From Psammoneis japonica (Eukaryota): a stretch of DNA of 64,000 bases. The DNA is taken from assembly GCA_008632985.1 (NCBI GenBank), contig QPGO01000089.1, positions 186,001 through 250,000 on the forward strand, written 5' to 3'. Below, piece by piece: positions 36,421 through 47,329 of the stretch. The position numbers and the translations under genes were made by a program. How positions within the stretch are numbered: the first letter of the stretch is position 1; each line of letters opens with the position of its first letter. Under the pieces are notes generated by a model. It was not told the DNA's origin. It ran no database searches and worked only from the letters and a program-made list of their open reading frames with translations.

Positions 36421-36951
36421 AGGATGAGACGAGCTGTTCTACTATTGAACGCTGCTTGAGCCTGAAAAGAAAATGGATTGGGTGCAACGCGATGTGGGTA
36501 GCACGTAAATTGACCCGAAGTAGGTGATGCAATCAATGCTGGTAGCTGTATGGTTGTCACTCAGAGTGGCGTTAATGAACGTCTCTATGTTTGCGGTTTC
36601 TTGTATACAAGACCTATCATCATCTAGAGTAACTTGCTTGGGTTCTCGTTTGAAGTTGAGCATTGACATTGTAGGTGGTGACTTTACTCTATGCTGTAGA
36701 TATGAATTGCCGAATCATCCAAATGGAGGGGCGAACAGAGGAAGTCGCAATCCCTATCCCTACTACAGGGTTCTCTCCATATCGAGACCACAGATGAAAC
36801 AAGGAGCGTAACTTTGTGCTTTATAGTAGTCCTTCTTTCCTTGTAACGAATCCGCAGACTGCAAACACACACTAGAGTAGGCAGCGGTAGTTAGCAATTG
36901 AAGCTACATAATGTAGCTCCCAACTATCCTACGCCAGAGTAATTGGTCATT

Positions 36952-38535
36952 CTAGAAAAGTAGGACCAATTCAATGCCAAGAACAACAACGATCGCCACC
37001 ACGAGAGGAACGGGTTTGTATCCACCAGAAGGTAGCTGTATCATTCGGGGGGTAGGCATTGGAGTTACCGGTGTCGTTGTTGGATTCGAGCTGGGAGCCA
37101 TTGTAGACGAAGCAGTGGGCGTGGAAGTAGCTGTCGCGGTGGGAGCAACAGTAGATGTAAGCGATGGTCTGCTAGATGGTGTTTCAGAAGGCATCGACGT
37201 CGACGGAGACGCAGACGGTGAATAAGATGGCATGGAAGAGACTGTTGGTGAAAAGCTGGAAGAAGGTGAATTGGAAGGAGCGATTGAAACAGAAGGCCGC
37301 ATTGTAGTAGTTGGTGCCGACGAAGGTGGACTTGAAGATGGTTCGGAGGAAGGCTGAGTTGTCGTGGGAGCCACAGAAGGCGCGGAAGTGGGCTCAAGCG
37401 TTGCGGCAGAAGGTGCCATTGTGGGTGGTCCTCCAACGGCACCTTCGGGTCGCAACGTCTCTAGAAACTGGCGACCATATGTATCGCATACATTATCAAT
37501 CTCAACAAGATTCAAAACGACGCCATTCTCGACCAGGTCTTCAACCAGCTCTAGAACAATGCGATTGACTTGCGATTCCTCAACATCCAAGAGAATGGTT
37601 GAAACCTGCAAATTAAACAACAAGGGAGGCAATGGCACCGGTCGAAAGATAGAAAGAGTGACAGAATCTTCAACCACTTGCCACAGAGCTTGCCACTGCC
37701 AAGGTCTGCCGTCTTGTGGCGGTCCTGCCTCAGCGACCTCGTTGAGATGATTCAATAGTTGCGTAGTAGGAAAGGCGTTGGTATTGCTGCTTGCCCAGCA
37801 ATCATAAAGGTTGACTTTATCGACAGTCAGCGCTCCCTGCATACACATGAAGGCCTCGTTGACTGCCGCAATGTCGTCGCCACCATTCGCTGTACAAGCC
37901 CTTACGGCATCTACGTTTGCCTGGTTGTTGTCTGGTAAGAATCCATGACAATTGACGGTCGGATCGTAGTTCTGTACAAAGCAAGACCCCTCCAGGGCCA
38001 AAACTGGACCTCTCTCTAGCGCCCCTCCGACAGTGAGACTCTGGTACTCACTGCAGTCGGTGATTAGTTCAACTCCCAAATTATTTAAAATAGCCGCAAC
38101 GCTGTCATTGCAAGCACTTCCTTCGCGACACGGAGAGATTTTGAGCAGTATGAGTTCTCCCTCTGACGAATCCAAGTTTGCCCAGTTCAATATTTCCTGA
38201 ATTGCGTCTTGGAATGCTATCTCAATGACCTCTCTGTCTCCGTGTCGAAAAAAGATACCTCCGTTGATTGCAGCAGGACGAAGGTCAAAGGCTCGCGCAC
38301 CGCAGTTCAGCTGATCTGTAAGCGTTCCAACTTGATTCTTGGCAAATCCTACCGTTATATCTTCTAGAGCAGTTTTCTCTTCCAGATATCCCGTTGCGGC
38401 ATTGTGCGAGAACAAAAAATACTCTTGGTTCAACGGAGAACTCAAGCGAAGAGGTCGCGGCTGTGCTTGTGCGGACAGAAACAAAAAGGCTGAACAAGCA
38501 CCTACAAGTCGGACAACAGTAGCTTGGAGCCCCAT
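36952..38535 (-). CDS. PI-PLC X-domain (PLC-like phosphodiesterase) surface protein with S/T/P stalk and C-terminal hydrophobic anchor
   Basis: Signal peptide MGLQATVV...SAQA; SHNAATGY, NQVGTLTDQLNCGARAFDLRP, HG; PS..PS/PT repeats; terminal VVAIVVVLGIELVLLF. Confidence 0.88.
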   Translation of the reverse strand: MGLQATVVRLVGACSAFLFLSAQAQPRPLRLSSPLNQEYFLFSHNAATGYLEEKTALEDITVGFAKNQVGTLTDQLNCGARAFDLRPAAINGGIFFRHGDREVIEIAFQDAIQEILNWANLDSSEGELILLKISPCREGSACNDSVAAILNNLGVELITDCSEYQSLTVGGALERGPVLALEGSCFVQNYDPTVNCHGFLPDNNQANVDAVRACTANGGDDIAAVNEAFMCMQGALTVDKVNLYDCWASSNTNAFPTTQLLNHLNEVAEAGPPQDGRPWQWQALWQVVEDSVTLSIFRPVPLPPLLFNLQVSTILLDVEESQVNRIVLELVEDLVENGVVLNLVEIDNVCDTYGRQFLETLRPEGAVGGPPTMAPSAATLEPTSAPSVAPTTTQPSSEPSSSPPSSAPTTTMRPSVSIAPSNSPSSSFSPTVSSMPSYSPSASPSTSMPSETPSSRPSLTSTVAPTATATSTPTASSTMAPSSNPTTTPVTPMPTPRMIQLPSGGYKPVPLVVAIVVVLGIELVLLF

Positions 38536-38894
38536 CGTGTATACACTGTGTATGTTTTGTTTCCTTTGTGACGAGTAGCGATGGATCGTCGATATTGTCT
38601 GCACTCCGACTACAGTAGTTGTTGGTTGGTTTGGAGGTCGGAGGCACACAGGCAATGCAACAGTATCGCATCATCAGGCCAATGCTGATTGAGGGATGCG
38701 CTGTGGGTCGCTCTGCGCTGCCGAAGCGTTTCGCGCGAACGCACGCAACGCACTAATAGAATCTTTTTTTGCCTCCGAAAAAGGCTCGCGTGTTGTCCGC
38801 AGACAGCCCGTCCTCTGCCTTCTTTTCGCATCCTTTCTTCCGTGCACCATAGAAAATGCTGCCACTGGAAGGTCTCAGCTGCTCACAAGCTAGC

Positions 38895-41800
38895 AAATGC
38901 TGCTGCAACCAACAAGAAGCAACAGGCTGGCGAGGAAAGAAAATGCCCAAAGTGTGAGAGATAAGCACCGGCGCTTGCCAGCACCTTCCTCAGAGACTGT
39001 GTGTTGCCTGGGGCACTTGGCAAGTCCGCGCACTTCCCAACAAATCTGTGGAGACATGCCAGAGCCTGCACAACCAAAGAAATTTGTGGCAGGATGATCC
39101 TGCACATTTTTGTGTGCAGGGCCAAGAGCCATTTGCTTTGAAAACTCAAAACAACCCCCCCAGCTTTTCAAAGGCACTTGAGAAAAACCCAGCCATTGTG
39201 TTTTCTTGCAGAAGTGCTGTGCTCCAAGAACACATTGAAACAACCCAGTGACAAGCTCACACCACTCAAGAAAGCCCCTCAGAATTGTTCCAACATCCAA
39301 AGAAAGGAACGGAAGAAACCTGAAATTCAGAGCACAGGAGGGGCAGCAACGTGCTGCTCGCCAAACGAGCAGCACCTTTTTTGCCCCAGCTCCAGAATCT
39401 CCACATGGTGCAAAGCATTTGGCAAAAGCAGTGACAAGCACAGATTTGTTCAAGGCAAATGCCAGAGTGCACTGCTGCACATTGCAGCAGACTGTTTTAC
39501 AGCGCAGCTTGCATGTGGAGAAAAAAGAGCAAGAGGGAAAGTGGACACACCTGCAACAAACTTGCAGAAGATGTGAAACATGAGGGTGGCTGATTGCACC
39601 TGTGCTTCTTTTTCTTGAGTTTGCAAGCTGGTGATTGCTCTGTTGTGCAAAAGATGAGCATGTCAGCAGCCCAAACAAGTCATCAAGTTGAGAGATCATT
39701 TTCAGGAAGAGTCAGCTCACTTTTTGCCTGCTTGTTGTGCAGAGGACCGTGACAATGCAATGGGCAAGACACAGCTCAGTCAAGCAACAAGTGCTTCAAT
39801 TTCAACACTGCTGACAGTGGGCTGGTGGTGCAGCAAGTCTGAGTTTGTGTGTGGGAGATGTCAAGGAGTGCCTGTTGTTTCATTTGCAGATTGCTGTCAG
39901 CTCCTCTCCTTTGCATTGATGCCACCATGATGGATGGGACCCATCTTGTGGCTTGTGCTGCAAGCAAGCCCTGGTGTTTCAGGGGTGGCAAACACACTTG
40001 GCAGTGTCAGAAAGAGCCCTTCTGCATCTGTGGCAGCAGACTGTTCCATGCTCAAGCATGGAATTGCAGGTCTGAGCATCTCACAGGATGAAATTGATCC
40101 ATTTGGTGGGAAACCTGAGCTTGAGGTGGAGCAACTCCAACACAGCAACTGCTGGCAGCAGAACAACTTGGCTCAAGTCCTGAACTTTTGGCAGAGCAGC
40201 AGTCAGCAACTGCCCTGTGGCAGCAATGGAGAAGGTGGCTGAAGCATGCATTTCTTGGCACAAAACACCAACATCAGGAGCCAGTGAGATGCTGGGCTTG
40301 TTTGAATTCTGCCAAGATTTTGCAGCTCAGTTGGGATGTTTTTTGCATTTTTCTTGCCAGAATCAAGCAACTGCAATGTCATCATTCTTGGTGAAGGAAT
40401 GTGAAAATCATTGCATTGTTGACTTTTGCCAACTTTTGTGTTCATTTCAAAGCCATGTCTGGGTGTTTCAACATGGCCCCCCTGATGTCAGTGTGTGCAA
40501 TTTGTGCACACCATGATGCATTGAATGCTCAAAACTTTCATTCACAACCACAGCATTTCCTTCCCCACAGGAGCTGGAAACTTTTCTGTTGCTTCTTGTG
40601 CTGCCAGCCCTCCTCCATGCCTTGTGAGAGCCCTTGAGTGGAAAGTGCAGAACCAATTGTGCCCTGGCTGGCAAGTCCGCATGAACAGGAGCACAAGTGG
40701 CTGCCTTGGGGCAAATGCAGGAAGCTGGCAATGGAGCAATGCTGTGGCAGTGCATGCATGGTTGTCAGTGCAAATGGGCAGCACATCATGTTGAAAGGCC
40801 ATGCAGAGTCATGTTGGCATGTGGGTGCAAACCCGCTGGTGGAATCCACAATTTTCCATCAAACAATGCCAGGCTCCATTGCTGCATCAGAGGATGACAA
40901 TCTGTCATTTTTTAGCTTCAGGCTTGATCCACAAATGATGCTGGACCCCCTTGGACTGCCACAAAGGCTGTCATTGCTGGCACATCAGGTTTGCTGATGC
41001 ACTCACACCCACACTGCCAGCCAAAGCTCTCAATTCTTTGACAAGACTCATTCCTCCAGAAATGGTTGCCAAGTGGCCTTGTTGCTGCAAACGCTGACTT
41101 GGAGCACCTCAGCAACTGAGGACAATGGGTGGCAGGCAGTTGAATCATGAGAGTGTCCTGTGTGCTGCAGTCCATGGTGAGCAAGACAGCATGGTTGAAT
41201 CAGGCAAAGAGAAGGGCCATTGGTTGCAGAGGCCATCACCTCACCACAGCATGACAGCAATGCCCACCACATGTCACCACAGGATGATGCTCCTCAATCC
41301 TCAACTCAGACAGCCAACACTGAGAATTTTGCTGGCGTGCATTAAAATCAAGTGGTGTTGGAGTGGAGAATTGGTGGAGCTCTGCACTCTTCCCACAGCA
41401 GCAGGAGAGGCTCCAAAGAAATGTGGCAGCTTCTCCATGTTGTCATTGCAGCCACACTTTCCAGCCAGCACCATTGCCGCCAGGCTTGCACTCCTGGATG
41501 AGTGGGGCACTTTGTTCAGTCTGTGCACCAGTGTGGGGTTGGAGCTGGGTCTTGCACACATTTCTTGAAATGGACATGGGGCAAGGCAACACATGCTGTG
41601 CAAAAACGCAAGAGCTTGGTTTTGGCTCTTCTTGCAGTGGCTCAGCTCAGATTCTTTTTGCTTTCTTGCCCTTTTTCCTCTTGGAAAATTTCAGCTGTTG
41701 TTCTGCAATTGTGCCAAAAATGACTGTCTCAAGATTGCAGCAGTGTGAAAAAAGCCCATTGTGGCAGTTGTCCAGGCAAACAACCTGGAGCAGATTCAGG

Positions 41801-44800
41801 TGACATCAGCAGACAGTGCTGTCACATCTGTCAACTCACCCACCATGTTGAAGATCAAGGATGCACACATGTCCTCACATCTGCAGTGTGGCTGCCAAAG
41901 CCATGGCAAATGCTCCCCACTGGAGACTGGAGCAGTTTCAATGGACATTGCCAAGCTTTTCTGTGATGCACAAAAGCAAGTGATTGCACCTCTGGCTGAG
42001 TTCATTGCACCAATCATTTGAGCTGATAATTGAGGCAGCTGCCCAGGTGGTTGCTGCAGAGAGGGTGTGCAGCAAGAACCCTCCACAGGGAGAGCAGCGC
42101 TGACACCTGCAATCTGATGGGTGATGACAGAGTTGCTCATGCCAGTCAAATCACAAGCAAGCTGGGCAATGAGATTCTTTCTGCACTGACATTGGCAAAT
42201 TCAGTTGACAAGCACTTGACAACACCATTGACCATGGGTGCCGCAGCTGCAGCTGAAGCTCTCCAAGCACCAAAACCCAAACTCGCTGTGCCTCTTGGTT
42301 TTTGAGGATCAACACCAAAGCCTCCTGCATTGCTCAAAAGATTGGGGCCAACCACAAGGCCACAGTGGTGCTGGTTGGCGGGAGGCAGGCACAGCTAGAA
42401 AAGCAGAAAAGCACAAGCTGAGGTGGCAGCCTGGCTGCTGAAATCTTCTGTGCCAAGGGATCCAAAAAGGGCTGCAATCTCACAGAGTTTTCTGGGGTTG
42501 CAATTTTCTCAAAACCATGAAGCAACCCATGCTGACAAATGAAATGTCATCACAAGTGTCATCCCAAGCATGTGCTGAGAACAAATCCATGGGTGTGAGC
42601 CCACATTTCCAGATTGGCAGCAAGCTTTTGTCACTCAGGGGGTGGAGCTGTGGATGTTTCCTTGTCACTTGCCTCAAGAATGGTTCAGCCAGGCTGATCT
42701 GAGGCAGCTGTCATGGCTTCAGCACAGTCATGGCTGCTGTGCCTTTGAAGTGAGAGCCCCTCCCAAAGTGTGGTTGACCACTGCATCTCTCCACCACATC
42801 TGCCATCTTCCACAAAGCCTTCAGAACCCACAAATTTTGTGGCAAGCATTTCACTTTGTTGTGTCCTGGAGCCACCTGTTCCTGGACGCATTGCTCTTGG
42901 CTTTTGTGGAAGCAAGAAACAAGTGCACGTGCATCATTGACCATGGCCAAGTGATGTGCCCGACCCACCATTGCCATGTGCATGCACGCACGCACATGCA
43001 CATCTGTCTTCAGAGGACCATCTGGGCTGGCTGCATGTCTTCAGGGGGGACAGATGGGTTGGATGGGACAAATGAAACTTGCATCTGATCAGACCACTGA
43101 GTGGTCAATGAAATGCTCTCTTCAAGATTGAAAGTCAATTGGGTGTGGACATTGTGAAAGAATCCAAAAACAAGGCTGAGTCTGAAATTCTTTTTTGACA
43201 TGGGACTTTGTTCATGATCACCGCAGTCACTCAAAGAGGCCTGGGTTGATGCTGGCATTTGACAAATTGTGATGTGACAACAAGGTCAGGTTGGTCAATG
43301 AGCATTTCTTGTGACAACAGGAAGAATGGGTGACAACAGGGGTCAAATGATGATGTTCTCCTGACAAATCATGGTTGCTGCTTGACATTGCAAACAGAGT
43401 TCTGGAGAGCAGTTGACATTGGATGAAGGCAAGAACTCAAATTTGCAGTTGTGGTGCCTGTCAAAAGGGGCTTGGTTCAAAATGAGGAGTTTGTTTTGAG
43501 AGGACAGTCTCTCCATTGTGTCAGACAAGTGACAAGGACACCGGCACGCCACTGTTGTCATGCAAGCAGCAGATCAGCAGCTGGGCTGTGTGGCACCCAA
43601 TGCAACAAGGAGACAAATTCAGCAGAAAGACCAAAAATTGCAACTGGCAATTGATCCAAAGCTCTTCCAAACAAATGAGTCAGCTCCAAACAAGATGCTA
43701 AGCCACAAAACAAAACATTGCAGATCTGCAACAGCCCAATTTTGTGGCTGAAAATGTGTCAGTGTCAAAATGATGATTGGAGCCCAAATGACAGTGACCA
43801 CCTTGCAGCTGGTTTTCAAAAATTGTGACACAGGAAGCTCATTTCTTGTCAATGGATCCTTTTGTCAAACACCAAAATGGGTTGCTGACAACTCCTCTGC
43901 AGAGCAGAAAACAAAGCAGTGTGTCTGCCCCACTCACAAAAAAAGGTGGAAAACATTGCAGCTGCATCTTGCAAGCACCAGCATGACAACAGAGGCCAGC
44001 AACAAGCACAACAGAAAATGCAAGAACCCCCACATGCCAGGGAGTTCTCTGAGCATCTTGTTGCAGGCTGCTCCCAAAGAAACAAGTTCAGCCAAGACCA
44101 GCTCAATTGATGTTCCAAGTTTTTCAGCACTGTCACCTGTTGGGCAGCAAAAAATGCTGATTGATTTGCTCTGGCAAGCAGAGCATGCTTTTGCACTTGT
44201 CATTGCTGTCAAGTCCAACAAACACAGCATGGAGCTCCTTGCAATGAACACAGAGCTCAGATGGCAGCAAGGAGTGACAGTCAAGAGAAGTCTTTCTCCT
44301 GTGCTGTTTTGAGTTTTTCTCTTGGGCAGCCTTGCTGCGAGCAACATTGGAGGCAACATCAACTGAAAAGACAGTGTGCATGAACAGAGCAGCAGAGGGG
44401 AAGGAAGTGCAAGGACAGCCCCGAGGACATGCAGAACAATTTTGAGGAAGAAGAGAGTGCAGCAGGGAATGAGAGTGATGACACAAGGTTGAGCATTGCT
44501 TGCCAAAAAGTGGAGAGGTGCTGGGTGCAGCAGTGCACAGTGGTGCACACCAAAATCACTCACAGAAGCACACATGGTTGCTCTGGATGCAAGTGGAGTC
44601 AAAGAAGCACCAACACATCCCAAATGTTCTTCTGGAAGCTGTGGAGTGGATGTTTGAAGGCCACACTCCACAATGGGTGGAGCAGATTCTTTGTTCTGGT
44701 GGCCAGGTTTGCCCTGGGGACAACAAGAAAAGGTGTCACCTTTGAATGCAAGGCAAAGCTCTTCATCATCAAAACAAAAAAAGAACCAACCTGACACTTT

Positions 44801-46990
44801 GATGAGAAGATGTGGCAACTTTTCCTCTCCAGAGCAGTGGCATCAACGTTCTGTGCTTGTTTTGCACAGGAGGTTGCAGAGACAGCGGGCTGCTTTTGAC
44901 AAGGTGATGCTGTGGCACCACGAGCAGCACTTCTTTGAGTCTTGCTGCAAGCTTCACAGCAACATGACCATCAAACACACAAAAATGACAATGTCCAGCA
45001 AGCTTTTGCATTTCACCCCAGTTGGTGGGAGGCTGAGCAGTTCTGACATGGGCTCGAATTGTCAAATGTTGCCATTGAGGAACAGCTGCGTGTGCCCTTT
45101 TGTCCCCCCCATTCTCACAGCAGCGGGCAGATGCCCCTCACTCTCACCATCCTCGTCATTGACAAATGCAAGAAATCCCACCTGCTTCTCCCTTCTCTGT
45201 GAATGCATTCCTTGTGTGGCACATTTGCCATTGCCTTGTTGGTCCATTGTCTCTTTCAATGGTGATGCAAAATGTGATGCATGACATGTGAGATGGATGT
45301 GTGCAGTGGATGCTGAACCTGACAAGGCAAGATGGATGAGCCAAGCCAATTCAATCAAAATAAATTGCTTGTCATGTCATTCGTGCTGAAAGTGTTGGGC
45401 AAGTGCAATTGGCTTGCATTCGCATGGACTGGTCTCGTGGATGAAACAGTCAAGTCAACTGAAATGTTGTGCTCTCTTTGCTGGCAAATGTTTGCATGGT
45501 GCAAAAGATGCGCCAATGTTCTTCACGCAAGAGGTGGTGAATGTTGCATCATCTGGTGTTGATTGCAGTTGTCTTCTTGTTGATGTCATTGCACAAGTTT
45601 TCCCGCAACAGCCCAGTTGCAACAAGAACCTTTCATCAACAATTGGCAACAATGCCACCTGGAAGAAAGGTTGGCTCAAAAGACAAGAAGCCCAGAAAAA
45701 AGCAGCGCTCCTTGACTGAAGAACAAAAAGCTGAAAGGAAGAGAGGAAAATCTTGATGACGAAGGCACAAAAGGCCCGGGGGGCTTGTCAGGCCTTTTTT
45801 CTGGTCAACCAGCTTTTGCTGTCAATGCATCAAATGACAAGGGAGCAAATGGCTCACTTGGGCAAGAAGAAGAGAAACAGCCATCAGATGAGGAGGGAGA
45901 ATCCACTCCTGTGGCTGCCCTCATGGCTGCCCTCAACATGCCGCCTGCAATGGCAGAAGTTGATGGTGCATGGTGTTGATGATTGTGATGGCGAGGACAT
46001 TGACCAAGCCACTGAAGATGATGAAGAAGAAAATGATGAAAACTTTGATGACAACAGCAGGCAGGCAGGGTGATGCTGAATTGTCTCCAAGCAATTTGTG
46101 CTCTCATCTGCAGGCAGAGACAAGCAGAAACTTCACGGCACTGAATGAGAGATGGCTGTTGAAACCAGTGGATGACAAGGACTGGAGAATTCCAGTTGCC
46201 ATGGCAAAACATGTTTGTGAAAAACTTGGCATTCATTGTGGTGAACCATTGTGCTGCCTTGAGGTCCCAGCTTGGCTCCCAGGGTGCTAAAGTGTTGAGG
46301 ACAGCACGCCAACATGGGCAAGACAAATGCGAGAACTTCAATGAAAATGGATGTCCAACTGGTTGGTTGTGGTGACATGTGAAGAAGCGCGTGCCTTGTT
46401 TGATTGTGGTTTCACACTGGACAGTGTTGTTCCCACATGCAAGCTCCAATTTTGTCATGACAAGCTGCTTCCCAGGAGCCGTCGAGCAAAGAGGGCTGCA
46501 GAAACTTGAGCTTGCACTGGCTTTCAAGGGCAACCGAACCCTTTCACAGAGATTTCAGGTCATGGCACATCAAGTGGCACCCCCTTCCTTGGAGGCACCA
46601 CTCTCAGTCTTGCCGGGGAACCACCCCTTGGCTCTCTGAGGCCATCTCAAACCAAGGTTCAAGTGACAGTGGGTCCCGCCCCACGACTTGTGTTTTCTGG
46701 AACAAAATGCACACCAGACATGCTCAAGATCAGAGGCAGTCAATGAACCAAATCCTTGCTTGTTTCGAACGTGGAGAATGAATTGTGGAGGAATGTAAAC
46801 ACATGGGCAAGCATTCTTGGTGTCCCAGAATGATTTTGTTTGTGCTCCAGGAAGGATGGCGGCTCCTCGTTGTGGCAATGAATGAAGGAAAACATTCCGT
46901 GGCGTCTGGAACAAATGCACAGAACTTTGTCATGGTTCAACATTGTTGTTGCAAAACATGTCCATTGCCAGAGATGATCCACATGCCGCC
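38895..46990. other. TpA- and CpG-depleted block 6 (about 8 kb), decayed repeat/TE-like content
   Basis: Runs of hundreds of bases with no TA and no CG (e.g. 39900-40600); dense spurious ORFs ending almost only in TGA. Confidence 0.9.
45650..46290 (+). mobile_element. 5' fragment of a repeat/transposon-associated ORF
   Basis: MPPGRKVGSKDKKPRKK, an acidic tract, then MLNCLQAI..LQAETS...RWLLK...CEKLGIHCGEPLCCLEV..WLP, recalled as a diatom repeat-borne family (..EP.YY....WLP). Confidence 0.4.
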
Positions 46991-47044
46991 TCTAACTTCG
47001 CGGTTTTGGCTGTGGCCCGTTCCCGATTGGCGTCAAGGAAGCGA

Positions 47045-47270
47045 TCGACCCTTTAGCAGCACCCAGGGAAAACGAAACGGAGAGAAGCCTCTAGAGAGAG
47101 AGTAGAATCAACTTACATGCCGGTGGGTGGTGGGGCTAGTTCATGCAGTGTCATGCGGTCGACCCTGTAGTAGTATCTAGGGAAATCAAAACGAGGGAGA
47201 GAAGCCCAGTGGAGAGTAGAATAACATACACACCGGTGAATGGTGTGGCTAGTTCATGCAATGTCATGCT
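47045..47270. repeat. Two-copy tandem repeat, period about 114 bp
   Basis: TCGACCC...GGGAAA...GAGAGAAGCC...GAGAGTAGAAT...CCGGTG...GGCTAGTTCATGCA.TGTCATGC at 47045-47158 and 47159-47270. Confidence 0.85.
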
Positions 47271-47329
47271 AAATAGGTGTGTTTTTTATTTCAAAACATA
47301 CATTGTGTTCTCTATCCCAATCCTTTGTT

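Noticed and set aside
41800..41960. Possible helicase Walker A remnant (LQCGCQSHGK)
   Set aside because: Too degenerate; no supporting downstream helicase motifs recognised
38890..46990. Dozens of overlapping 60-290 aa ORFs in all six frames (also in the other TA-free blocks)
   Set aside because: Expected by-product of losing TAA/TAG stops; Cys/His/Gln-rich, Tyr-free, with no coherent domains
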